In this document: positions 13,208-25,559 of the stretch, in pieces | Layout of the letters: every line of letters begins with the position of its first letter | Numbering within the stretch: the first letter of the stretch is position 1 | Assembly (NCBI RefSeq): GCF_018350175.1 | Contig: NC_058368.1 | Span: forward strand, 74,092,001-74,156,000 | Reading direction: 5' to 3' | Origin: Felis catus | Taxonomy: Eukaryota | DNA: 64,000 nucleotides | Program-made: the position numbers and the translations under genes | The notes under the pieces: generated by a model | The model's database searches: none | The model's input: only the letters and a program-made list of their open reading frames with translations | Told to the model about the DNA's origin: nothing

Positions 13208-13669
13208 TGTCTGGTCAGGGTTTTCCAGATAAGTGGAACCGGAAATGTGTGCACAGGGTGTGTGCATGTATGCAAATAATATGTATTCATTATACATATT
13301 GGTTCACATAATTATGGAGGCTAAGTCCCCAGATCTGCTCTCTCCACGCTGGAGACCTAGCAAAGCCTGTGGTACATAATTCAGTCCGAGTTTGAGGACA
13401 GTAAATCCCAGCCCCAGGGCAGGAAAAGATGAGAGGAGGGGTCTAACTCTAACAGTGAGTCAGAGAAAAGGGTCAGATTCCTCTCTGCCCTTTGCTCTGT
13501 TCAGGTTTTCAAAAGCTTGGATGGGGTGGGGGGGGGGGGCACACAATCTACTGAGTCTACAGATTCAAATGTTAATCTTATCCAGAAACAGCCTCAGGGA
13601 CATACCTAGAAATAATGTTTCATCTGGGTACCCACGGCCACCCAGGTGGGCATAAAATTCACTCTCCCA
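13208..13669 (-). mobile_element. ERVL LTR (MLT2-like)
   Basis: GTCAGGGTTTTCCAGA...ATTATGGAGGCTAAGTCCC...GATTCAAATGTTAATCT...CCTAGAAATAATGTTT...CATAAAATT. Confidence 0.85.
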
Positions 13670-13949
13670 GTTCTCTTTTCTACTGTCTCTGAGGTTCTGT
13701 CATCACTTGTTTCTTAAGCATCAGTTTCTTTTTACCTTGTGAAACTGCCTCCAAATCCATACAGGAGAAATGCAAAAATAAGCTACAGCTTTACAATTTG
13801 CTTAGTTTAATTGTAACTGGAGCATAAAATATCACACAAGAGGCATTATTTACCTAGGCTGCCATTTTGTTGATGGCTCTCTTCTCTTCTCTTCTTCTCT
13901 TCTCCTATGCAGAAGCTTTTTAGTTTGATGTAGTTCCCATGTTTGTGTA

Positions 13950-14187
13950 TTTTTTAATTTAATTTAATTTAATTTTAGTTTACTTTAGTTTAATTTAGTT
14001 TATTTTCAATGTTTATTTTGAGAGAGAGATAAAGAGAGAGAGAGAGCGGGGAGAAGGAATACCAAGCAGGTTCCATATCGTCAGCACAGAGCTCCATGTA
14101 GGGCTCGAACTCATGAACCATGACATCATGACCTGAGCCGAGATCAAGAGTTGGATGCTTAATCCACGGAGCCACTCAGGTGCCCCC
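13950..14187 (-). mobile_element. Can-SINE inserted in an L1 fragment
   Basis: SINE body; TSD CCATGTTTGTGT; flank GCAGAAGCTTTTTAGTTTGATGTAG is reverse L1 ORF2-like. Confidence 0.93.
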
Positions 14188-15119
14188 TATCCATGTTTGT
14201 GTGTTTTAAAAAAACAGGTCTGATTTAGTAAGAATGTAAGTACGATGTGAGGTATGTAGGATTTCTGTTTTACAGATAGGAAAACCAATAGTTCGTAAAG
14301 TCCAAAGGGTTTGATTTCTGAATCTGGAAATTCTTGTTTTTTTCCTTCTCAAGAACTTAGAAATTTCCCGTAAAAATTTTAATTATAATAAACTCAATTT
14401 ATTTTTTATGACTCTTTATTTTTCATGGGTACAAAATACCCATACATTTTGTCATTTTTCTAAGCTCTCCTCCCTTTTCCTCAGCAAATTGGAAGGAGAC
14501 ACTGCAGAGACACTTGACATTTCAAAGCTGAGTTTTGGCTACTGGGATAAATGTGTGTGGGGGGGTCTCTTCCTTGTTGTCCCCACAGTTGTTAAAATAT
14601 CCCTGCATATTTCATAGTATGGTAACAGCCTACGCTAGATTAACGTTTCGTGTGGAATGCCTTTACAATAAAAGGCAGATAGTAGTCTGTCAGAAGCATA
14701 GGAAAAAAAAAATTAGAAAGCAGCAAGCCGCAGGAAACATATCTTAGCAGAGGTAAAGTGAAAACTTTAGAACTAAAAAAGGTTTCTGTCAGAAAACATG
14801 GTTGTCCTCAGTAGATGAAAGAGCTACTTTCTTTACAGGGTAAATGGTTTCCCCAAGACCTCACTGACACCACAGCAACCCAGCTTTGAATGACCAGAGT
14901 GTGATGCTGACGCTTATGACGCTTTCCTCTGCCGCGTGTCTTCATTCATTCTCCAAGAACCGTTCACTGAGCAACAACTTTATGGGCACGGGGTTGCATG
15001 AGGTACTCAGGATTCAGTAATAAACAATGACTAAAAAGACAATGTCTGATCTTAAGGAGCTGCTAGGATAGAGCAATATTGGGTATGAAAGCAAGCTCCC
15101 ATTGAAATAAGTGCTTTTT

Positions 15120-15332
15120 TTTAAAAAAGGTTTTTAAATGTTTACTCATGTTTTGAGAGACAGATGAAGACAGAGCGTGCGTGGGGGAGGGACAGAGAGA
15201 GAGACACAGGCTCCGAAGCAGGCTCCGGAGCTGTCAGCATAGAGCCTGATGTGGAGTTTGAACCCACGAACGGGGAGATCATGACCTGAGACGAAGTCAG
15301 ATGCTTAACTGACCAAGCCACCGAAGGGCCCC
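15120..15332 (-). mobile_element. Can-SINE
   Basis: TSD TGAAATAAGTGCTTTTT at 15103 and 15333. Confidence 0.95.
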
Positions 15333-15929
15333 TGAAATAAGTGCTTTTTAAGAGGACACGAGACTGGAGGGGTTTGCCAGGGACAGATGGTGAGGGTTTG
15401 TTTACCATCCCATGCCATTTGGGCTTTGGATGATGTAGCAGTGCTGAAAATACGGACTCCATCATTGGCCTGTCCTCTTGTTCATGTTCCCTTGATGACG
15501 TCTCCTGGGACTGTGTGTTCTGGGCCTCCTGAAGATTAATATACATAGCTTAGAAATGCCTGCCAAGGCCAGAACTGGGGGGAAGTTTGTTTTGGCCTGC
15601 CATGAATCTGTTAGAGATAACATGGTCGGTCTCCTTCCCAACTCACAGGTGGAGCCACAAGTTCTCATGAAAGGTTAGCAGTCAATTAGGAGTGTCCAGG
15701 CCCTTTAAGACGCATGCGAACGCTTTGATCTCACACACTGCCCTTCTGCGCATTCCCTCTAGAAGATCTGTGGACCAATGTCAAGGCTTTTTGGAGAACA
15801 GCGACACAACTGCTGTGGCTCATCCTGGGCTAGACCCCTGCTCCCTCAGGGTCAATGAGTTACCCTGCACAAAACTCTGTGTGAACTCAATGGAGAGGGC
15901 CGCTTCATTGTCCCATCTTTCCTGTCCCT

Positions 15930-15950
15930 CCCCCCCCCCCCCCCCCCCCC
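15930..15950. repeat. Poly-C run (C21)
   Basis: Seen directly. Confidence 0.95.
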
Positions 15951-18682
15951 GCCAGCGATGTGGCACCAGCATAGGGTTTTTACTCAAGAGTGAAATGAGA
16001 TTTGCACTTTGGAAGTAGAACGAGCTACGCTGTGGGGCGAATGTGTACGAGTGGCCAAGAGAGGCCATTGTTGCCATAAGCTAGGTTGGGGGGCGGGCGG
16101 TGACTGTAGTCTGAAGTGAGAAGTGGTGGGTATGGGAAAATGGGCCAATTCAGAGGATGTCTTGGAGAGAGAATTTGGAAACCTGGGTGATTGTGTAAGT
16201 GTTGTGGCTGAAAAAGAGAAGGAAAAAAAGGTTAACCCCAGGCATAGGAAGCAGATAACTGGGTGACTAGTGATACAATTTTTCTTTAAAGAAAGAAGAA
16301 CATATTTTGAGGCAAGACTATTGTCTTTTTGTCCACATGGGCATGTACCTATGTTTTAACCAGATGGATTGTCCGGTAGAAATGGCATATAAGACTCCGA
16401 TCTACAGGAAAAGTTGGGTTGTAGAGATAAACTTGGGGTCCAGGCTCAATTAATGAGACCAGACAACTTAACTCCAGCTGCCTGGTGTGTAATAATGGAG
16501 AGGAGCGACTGGGGCAGGTTTTAAAGTTTGGGGGACCTTTCTAGCTAGTTCTTTTTTGGTTTTAAGGTTTCTCCCAAAAGAGATGGGATTTCTGAAAGTA
16601 CTTAAGTAGAATGAGGTGGGAGTGTAAGCATGAATTCAGCCTGAAGTTCATTTAACCGACAATTGGATGTGCCTTTGCACTAATGATCAAAATCAAACAA
16701 AATAAAAGCAACATAGCTGAGTTTAAAGGAAAGCAAAAGTGCCGTCTACTGGATAGTGTGTCGCAAGAAAAGGATTCCCAAACTGCCAAGTGCTGTTTTC
16801 ATCTGCTGCCTGCTGTCATTCTAACTTACCCCCTATGCATTGGAGATTTCCAGAAGGCATCCTAACTGACTTCTATATTGCTAATTGCAGAAAACACTGC
16901 ACTGCCTTCTTCTTTTTAAGACATTATTTCCTTCCCCTTCTTCAAATTAAAGATACAATCTTTTTTCGAGCCAACATTTCTGACAGAATTTTAAATGCTC
17001 ATGGGGCATTAAGACGCAGTTGAAGGAAAAGAAAGTAAAAGAAAAGAAGTAAATGTAAGATGCCTTGTCTGTATAAAGAATTAGAAGTGCATACAATATG
17101 TTGCTGTTGACTTTGGGGAAGCATCTTAATGCACTTGAATGATTTTTTTTCCCCTAAATATTTACCGATTGATGTACATTCCGGCCCATTTAAGAGATGA
17201 GGTTGGGAAATTAGGGTCATTTACTGATTTGTGAGAATAAGTAGCTAGCAGCTAGCATCCAGTGACAATGACGATTTTCTAAGGTTTAACCAGGCACTTG
17301 GGTACACCGGTTCTTCCCCACAGAGCCTCGAGGATTCTATTTCTGCTCTCTCTTGAGCTTAGGATGGCAATCATGATAAATTGCATCATACCGTGAGGTG
17401 GTTTGTGATGAAAACAAATTTCCACTAGGGACTGTAACACAACCTCCAAACTCACGCTCTGATAAAACACTTAGAAATGTACACTTGTCTCCTCTGTCCT
17501 CCTTCGTTCTTTCTCTTCGTCTTTGTTGAAAACCAAAACAAAATTACAAACAGAGAACGAAGATGGGTGTTGGTAAGAGGAATCTTTTTTCTATATGGAG
17601 ATTAGAGTTTTGATGATTTTATCTGTCTGATTCTATCTTTATTTTTATTTATCTATCATCTCTCTAGCTCATCTAATTTTTTGAAGTTCAATTTTAAAGT
17701 GGAAAAAGTGGGAAATGAACGGACAGGGACTTGAAAATGATGGATAGGGCAAGTCGTGGAGTTAGGGGAGCTGCAGATTTCTTTAAAAATATAGATGATG
17801 GCTTTCTGTTGGGAATGGACAATTGTACACTTACACAGTTCCTTGTAGATATAGCACCGTGGTTAGTGTGTTGGTAGATTATGTTTATTGGAAGGACTAA
17901 TTTTATTTCATCACTTGAAGGCACAGTCGTTGTGAGATTAAATGGGTCGCCTCCTTGTTTGTGGATTAAGCCTGCTATTTGGTCAGAGTGAACAAAATAG
18001 GTCTTCTGAAAGGAGAAATGCAATGACCTGCCAATTTTCATGATTCAATTTCTTGCTTTCAATCATTGCAGCTGTGTGGTATTCTTGTCTTTCTTCTCCC
18101 CAGAGTCTACTCAACACCTTGGCAGATTCCTTCTGTGACATATCTTTATACTCTGGAAGGACGCTCATGGAACTCTGGAAACATTGGAAAAACTCAAGAT
18201 GTAGTTCAGGCTACTCTGCACATGAATATGGGTCCCTAGGCCATTTCTTAAATTGAAGATTTCCCAGTTAGGCAGCTCCAAAGAGTCTTCGACAAGGCAA
18301 CTGGATTACTTTGTGGGCCTTTAGAAGAAGCGGGATTATATTAGTTGTTGCTTCCTGACTGCTGCTCGCTCATTTATCAATTCACTCATTCTTCCAACAG
18401 GCATTTACTCTGAGTTTACTGTGTGGCCTGAGCACTGTGGGATTTACAAAGAAATACAATACTTGGACTTCACTTCCCAGGAATTTACAGTCTTATTCTT
18501 TCTATTATGTATTCTTATGCAAGATCCCAGCCTATTCTAAGAGGTTAGGTGACTCTGAGTCACATACCTAGACTAGGGTCTTTCTGTATCCCATTAAGTT
18601 TGAAAGGAGTCTGAATACAGAGAACAATTATGGGAAAATATAATGGGTGAAGTGAGAAAAGTATACAAAATAGATGCTTATG

Positions 18683-19269
18683 TGACCTTAATTATCCAAG
18701 GATACAGGAGTGCTGATTCACAGGGACACTTGTACCCCAATGTTTATAGCAACACTGTCAACATTAGTCAAATCATGGAAGGAGCCCAAATGTCCATCAA
18801 CAGATGAATGGATAAAGAAAGTATGGTTATATATGCGATGCAGTGCTACTCGGCAATGAGAAAGAATGAAATCCTGCCATTTGCAACAACGTGGATGGAA
18901 CTGGAGGGTATTATGCTAAGTGAAATAAGTCAGTCAGAGAAAGACAGGTAACATATGCTTTCACTCATATGTGGAACTCGAGAAACTTGACAGAAGACCA
19001 TGGGGGAAGGGAAGGGGAAAAATAGTTTCAAACAGAGAGGGAGGCAAACCATAAGAGACTCTTAAATACAGAGAACAAACTGAAGGTTGATAGTGGGGGG
19101 TGGAGGAGAGGGAAAAATAGGTGATGGGCATTGAGGAGGGCACTTGTTGGGATGAACACTGGGTGTTGTAAGTAAGTGATAAATCATGGGAATCTACTCC
19201 CGAAATTAAGAGCACACTGTATACACTGTATATTAGCTAACTTGGCACAGATTGTATTGAAAAGAAAAA
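18683..19269 (+). mobile_element. 5'-truncated carnivore/felid L1 (ORF2 C-terminus plus 3' UTR)
   Basis: Translates to YPKDTGVLIHRDTCTPMFIA...KEPKCPSTDEWIKK and, after a frameshift, NEILPFATTWMELEGIMLSEISQSEKD; A tail; perfect 16-bp TSD AAAATAGATGCTTATG at 18667 and 19270. Confidence 0.95.
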
Positions 19270-19296
19270 AAAATAGATGCTTATGAAGGCCGAGCA

Positions 19297-19674
19297 TGTT
19301 ATGGGCTGAATTATGTCCCTCACGAAATTCATATATTGAAATCCTAATACCTAGTAGCTCAGAATGTGATCGTACTTGGAGACAAGATCTTTTACAAAAG
19401 TTATTAAGTTAAAATGAGGCCATTAGGGTAGACCCCAGTCTAATATAACTGGCGTCCTTATTAAGAGAGGGGTGGGTCCTGACTCACAGAAAAGGAAGAT
19501 GTGAAGGCACAGGGGGAAGACGGCCATCTACGAGCCAAGGAGAGAGGAGACACCAAGCCTGCCAAGTCCTTGATCTTGGACATCCAGCCTCCACAACTGT
19601 GAGAAAGTAAATTCCGTTGTTTCAGCCACCCAGTGTGTGGTACCTTGTCACAGCAGCCCCAGCAAACCGATACA
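19297..19674 (+). mobile_element. MaLR solo LTR (MLT1A/B-like)
   Basis: TGTTATGGGCTGAATT...CAGAATGTGA...CCAGCCTCCACAACTGTGAG...GCAGCCCCAGCAAACCGATACA; TG...CA ends. Confidence 0.9.
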
Positions 19675-19833
19675 GCATGGGACTTGGCAAGTCACTGAGA
19701 AATAAGTATTGAGCAAATATTGCGTCTGTGACATTATAGCAAATGTTGTGTGGTAAACATGAATTTATCCAGGACTGAAGCTGCTTGATACTCATTTCTC
19801 AGACAGGAACAGTTATGCATTAGGTGCCTGGAG

Positions 19834-19875
<42 letters not shown>

Positions 19876-20072
19876 AACCTACAGTCAGGCGGGAAATGGC
19901 TGTTAAGATTGGTAGGGTTGGTAGTTGGGAATAAAGGATAAAGCATGGGGAAAAGTCACAATAATTGCAAAGATAATAATGACAATGGCAGTTGCCTATA
20001 TTTAGTGACTTCTCTATACCAGGTAGAGTATTCTGCATTGTAACGTCCTCTTTATTAGAGACTTTTATTTCT

Positions 20073-20304
20073 TTCTTTTAAGTTTATTTATTTATTGAGA
20101 GAGAGAAAGAGAGAGAGAGAGAGATTGAGAGGAGAGAATGAGCAGGGGAGGGGCAGCGAGAGAGGGAACGAGAGAATTCCAAGCAGGTTCAATGCTGTCG
20201 ATGCAGACTCCGACTTGGGGCTCAATCTCACAAACTACGAGATTATGACTTGAGTCAAAATCAGGATTTGGGCACTTCACTGACTGAGCCACCCAGGCGC
20301 CCCC
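20073..20304 (-). mobile_element. Can-SINE
   Basis: TSD AGACTTTTATTTCT. Confidence 0.95.
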
Positions 20305-20810
20305 TAGACTTTTATTTCTGTTTTGGTTGAGGATCTGAGGCTCAGAGAGTTAAATCTTTTATTCACCTAAGATCCCACAGCTAGTATATTGATATGGGTT
20401 CTCATGGGTAAAGGGACAGAGGTGGCACCTGCCTTTCTTCTTAGAGGCAGCAGGTGTTTTCCAAGATACCCCAGCCCCAAGAAAGGTTAGGTCTGCTCCT
20501 CAGGGCTCCTTCATGCTGCTGGGTAGACAATGGGTTCTAATGACTACCAAGAGCTCGGAAATCCACACTGGCCCATCATGGCTGGAGCTGTCCTGGAAAA
20601 GTTTTCTTGCTCTGGCTTCTCCTAAGCATTTCAGATATTTAGGAAATTATCGTACTCTTCCTCCTCCCGAAACCACCCAGTCCCTTGGAGATGGCTCACA
20701 AAAGATTTCTCCTTTACCCAACTCTTTAAAGCTTTAGGTAGGAATTGTTGCTAAGGTCTTTACAAGGTCATAGCCAAAATATGCGAAATAGGCAGGAGGA
20801 CCACATATGA

Positions 20811-20863
20811 ATTTGCATAAAAATATGCCTTGAATTTGCATTTAAATGCATTTTAATTTGCAT
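20811..20863 (+). promoter_or_regulatory. Cluster of three octamer (ATTTGCAT) POU-factor motifs
   Basis: Exact ATTTGCAT at 20811, 20834 and 20856; function not shown. Confidence 0.4.
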
Positions 20864-21147
20864 AAAAGTCTATTATTATGCCTTTAGAATATAAATTTTA
20901 TAATTGTTCTTTTTTAAAGCTGTCATTTATTTTTCACCCTTTCCCCCTCCTTTTCAGTTCTTACCAAGATTTTTGCGTTCTGGGGGTGCCTCCTTTCATG
21001 ACCCAATCACGATGTCACGGAGGTGCCCCTGCTTTTACATAAAGAGCTCATGAGGAGGGATGCCGGCCCCAGAAAATCCACTTACACACTCATCTTCCCT
21101 TTTCCTGTCTAGTGTCTGCCCTCTTCAGTGAACGTTAAAACCACCGC

Positions 21148-21630
21148 TGTCAAAGAAAAATTGCATCAGATGCAGTTCAACAGGAAAGGGAGACTTTGGT
21201 CAAGACCACTGCAACAGGAGAGAGACAGAGCTCAGTTCTTGAAACAAAAGAGGGGGGAGCTAAGCACTGGGGAAGCTAGTTTAAAAGCACTGGAGGACAT
21301 TAGCAAGATGCTGGAAGAATGCTATTAGGCATCTGCATTTGCCAATTGGTGCTCCTACTGTCCCATAGAGACTGGGGAACAGAGGTACCACTTCCCCTTA
21401 TTACATGTTAAAGGGATGGCTTCCAGGTCCTAGAGAAAGACAGTCCTGGGTTGTAAAACTGGCAAGAGGCTGAGAGAAGATTTGCACCTCAAAGAGCAGA
21501 GAAAGAATTTGCAATTATGAGTTTGCTACCTTAAGTGCTCTGAGGGAAGTGAGATCAGGGACCAGAGGCAGAAGACCCCTGTTTAAAGTTTAGCTGAATT
21601 GAGGGGAATTGAAAAACCCCTCTTGGTCCA
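21148..21630 (-). mobile_element. ERV1 LTR (MER31/MER67-like)
   Basis: TGTCAAAGAAAAATTGCA...GAAACAAAAG...GGATGGCTTCCAGGTCC...GTAAAACTGGCAAGAGGCTG resembles reverse MER31-group LTR. Confidence 0.7.
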
Positions 21631-22436
21631 CGCAGACAGGAATAAAGTCAATCACTAATTATATAGGAAGCCATTAAGTCTGTTCCTCATCTTTGGACTT
21701 ACTGCCTCCTCTCATTAGCACCTCTGATATGTATTACTTCTCAATTTATTTTTTATTAATGTGGAGGGAGAAAAATGTCACAGCGTGAGGCTTACATCTG
21801 GAGCTCAACGCAAATAAGTACTTCTCAAGACTGTGGCAAACAGGTTATTTTACAAGAGACCCTCGCCTACCAAGTAAGAGCAATCAAGGAACTTTCTCAT
21901 TTTAGGCATTTGGGAAGGACAGTGGTCTTTTTCTCCTCCTGAGGTCCCCCACAGAAAATCTCTGCTGACCGCCATGATGATGTCAACCAGCACTGAGCTA
22001 CTCTTCCGCAGAAATTACTGGTTTTGATGCTAACGCACGATGCCCTTTATGAAGTTTCACTCACAGGGTACAGAAGAGCTGGACAAGAGGACATATTGCA
22101 CAGAAGGGCAGTGAGGGGATGAGGTGAGATGACTTTCCTAGGGTCACCCAGCTGGTGACACTTAAGGGAAATGAAGTGATTTACAGTGTAGCCCTGCCAC
22201 TTACTATATGACCTTGACCAACACACTCAGCTTCTTCTCTGTGGCTGATTTCCCTCATCTATAATAATAACCAAAATCATAGGACGGTTGGGGGGAATTT
22301 GGTGAGAAATAAATTCGTGTCCAGCCTGCAGAAGACCCCTCGGTGCATAGGAAGCACTGGATAAACTTTAGCAATTGTGATTTAGCAATTTTCCAGCTGT
22401 ATCTTCTTTCTGCCTAATTCTAAAACTCATGCTTTT

Positions 22437-22627
22437 AAAAAATTTTTTTTAATATTTATTCATTTTTGATAGACAGAGCACAAGTGGGGGAGGGGAAAGA
22501 ATCCGAAGCAGGTTCCAGGCTCCGAGCTGTCAGCACAAAGCCCGACGTGGGGCTTGAACTCACAAACTGCGAGATCAGGGCCTGAGCCAAAGTCGGACGC
22601 TTAACCGACTGAGCCACCCGGGCACCC
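22437..22627 (-). mobile_element. Can-SINE
   Basis: SINE body and tail; degraded TSD TCATG(C/G)TTTT. Confidence 0.93.
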
Positions 22628-23777
22628 ATCATGGTTTTGTTTTTGTTTTTGTTTTTGTTTTTTTAGTAAGTCATGATGTCATCTCTGTTTTTGTAACCTC
22701 ATCACTTATCTGGAGTAATTGAATTAAATTTTTCTGCTAAACATAAAATCCGATGGGTATAAAGGAATGCATGATGGGTAGAGATTCCACGTGTGTTTTT
22801 TTTTTTCCTGACTCTATTTTGCACATAAACTTTATTTCTCTTGATATCAAATTCTTCCAGAATCTAGTGCCTTTTATTCCAGTTGTATTAAGCCAACCTT
22901 TGTGGCTACCTAATGTCTGGGTTGATTGTTCTTTGTTCTATGATGTTCATTAAAAACAAGAAAAAATGAACTTTCATTTTACTTCTGTAGCCAAAATCAT
23001 GATGACAATATTATATGCTCCAGCTCTTACCCTAACTGAATTGATAACTCTTTTCTTCCTGCCTCTGTTTGAATTACATCCTTTCTTTCATCCAACACAT
23101 TGTTCTCTTTTCTAAATTTCCCTTAAGATTTTCCTTAAATTTAACTCATCTTCTGAATTATAATCCCAATTCAAGCCCGCAGAGCATAAGGTTGACAAGA
23201 TATTCACCCATCCTCAGTCGTCTGGACATTGGGGGTATCTGTTTTTAGCCATGGAAGTTTCTAATTATCACAACCGGATTGTATTTCCTGGCTAACCTGG
23301 ACAGTATATCAAGTCTATTACTTCTCTTCCCCAAAGTGTATCTGCTTTAGACTGTAATCTTTCAGGGGGAATAGAGTGATTAATATTGATTCTGATCTTG
23401 AATACCAGCAGCTTGAAATACCTAAAAGAAAATCAGCTTGTACCTCAATTGTTGGGATAATTCTGAGATGTTTTGTTTGTTTTTGAATATGTGATACTCC
23501 TAATTTCTTTTGGTGAAATGAAACACAAACTTAACGGGGGTTATGAGAGGCTAACCGCTGTCACTCAGTGTCAGTGTTGATATTTTGGGCATCGTTCCAA
23601 TAGATCATAATCTGAGAGATAATGACTCTGGTTCGGTTTTTCCCAGCTGTTCTTACCAGTGGGAACAGCTGCCATTGTTACACTTGTAAACTCTATGCTT
23701 GACACAACTTGTGATGGGGTCTGAAAATGCATTTTTGTTTGTGGGTTTCTTTTCCTGCACGGGGAAGCTATGTTTTT

Positions 23778-23983
23778 AAATTTTTTTTTTAACATTTATT
23801 TATTTTTGAGACAGAGCATGAATGGGGGAGGGTCAGAGAGAGAGGGTGACACAGAATCTGAAACAGGATCCAGGCTCTGAGCTGTCAGCACAGAGCCCGA
23901 CGTGGGGCTCGAACTCACAGACCTTGAGATCATGACCTGAGCCCAAGTCGGACGCTTAACCGACTGAGCCACCCAGGCGCCCC
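23778..23983 (-). mobile_element. Can-SINE (SINEC_Fc-type)
   Basis: Near-consensus body; TSD CTATGTTT. Confidence 0.95.
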
Positions 23984-24967
23984 TATGTTTGGATTTAAAA
24001 CGAGAACGATACAGCCTGGTCTGGTTGACAAGAACAGCTCCTAGGAGGTATCGGAGGGATGCGACCACACTTGCAGGCATCACCTTGGATTTTCCCTGCA
24101 TCCTGGTTGAGTGAATCGTTTGTGACATACTTATTTGCATACCCTTGTGTTTTACATGTAAAGAAAAAGAAAACCCTCAAGGGCAAATGCAGGTGGCAGG
24201 AGCCCACAGTCTGTTGTGTTGAGATGTGAGTTAACTAGGTTAGAAACTTCTGCGACTTTTGTAGATGCTGTTCCTGCTGAAGAATTCACCTTTCCCACCC
24301 GGGTCCCTTTGTGCCCAGTACCAAACTTGGAGACAGCTGGACTTGATTAGAAGCACCTACCAAAAAGCTGTCCCCGTGTGGGGCCGGCCCGCAGTACCAG
24401 GAGCCAATGGGCAACCCTGGCCTCATTACCATGGTGTTCTGCCAGCTGGCTCTAGGAAGAATCAATATTCAACATGAAATGACTTCTCTGAATGACCACC
24501 AAGAAGAGAAAGTGGATTTGGATCAAACTGTCTTTTTCACCTGAGTAATACTGGATCCAAGGAACCTGCACATTTCCTGCGTCATAAATCACACACCGGC
24601 ACCAGGCATCTCACCAGATGTCAGATACACAACCTCAGAAAGATCACGTCATAGACGGTACTTATCTTCACTATGGAGTTTTCGTTTTAATTATTATTAT
24701 AAGAAAAAGCTAGAGGTGTTGCCCGAGACTGTTATGGCGCTTTAAGCCCTTTTTAGGTATATTCAAAAAACACCACAATCTTTCCTTTACCGAGGCTACT
24801 TTTAAAAATCAGAATCTTGAATGGAACTCCGATGAAAAAGAAAAATGTCTGCAACCCAATAAACGAAGACATTGCCCAGGATCCCTTCCAGGTTCCCCTC
24901 TCTTTTTGCTTTCTCTTTTAGACTTTCCACCTCAAAAGAATCCTGAAAATCCAGTTTTGGAATCGTT

Positions 24968-24996
24968 TCTTTTTTTCTTTGGTAATGTTTGTTTAT

Positions 24997-25051
<55 letters not shown>

Positions 25052-25213
25052 CGGGGGAGGGGCAGAGACAGAGGGAGACACAGAATCCGAAGCAGGCTCC
25101 AGGCCCCGAAGCTATCAGCACAGAGCCTGATGAGGGGCTCGAACTCACGGACTGCGAGACCATGACCTGAGCCGAAGTCGGACCCTTAACTGACTGAGCC
25201 CCCCAGGTGCCCC
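24968..25213 (-). mobile_element. Can-SINE with expanded (GA)n
   Basis: TSD CAGTTTT(G/A)GAATC. Confidence 0.95.
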
Positions 25214-25559
25214 TCAGTTTTAGAATCTTTTCTAAATGCTGCTCTCTTATCTACTCCCTGGTGGAATTTTTAATATGCATAAATCCTTCATTTCATCAAA
25301 CCCCAAAGCATCTCCTATCAACTATATTATTTCGTAAAGTGGTTTTCCCTTTTGACTTTTCTTTCTACTGGTGCAGCTTCCTTTTCCTCAACCACTCAAG
25401 TTGTAAATCTAGGTCATGATTGCTTGTCAACTTCTTTCACTCGACTGTATGCTCCTTAAGTACCAGAATTGTCATCATTCCTCCCCCATCGCCTGGCACA
25501 GTTCTTGCCACACTGTCGTTGTTGAGTAAACATTTGTGGAGTAAATGAATAAATTTATC

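Noticed and set aside
18104..18256. Strong + strand acceptor with open frames (similar acceptors near 4572, 12635 and 13061)
   Set aside because: No convincing donors and no coherent multi-exon protein
23796..24140. Recurrent ORFs with WVAQSVK...SVSPSLSAPP motifs here and at many other sites
   Set aside because: Translations of Can-SINEs, not a gene family
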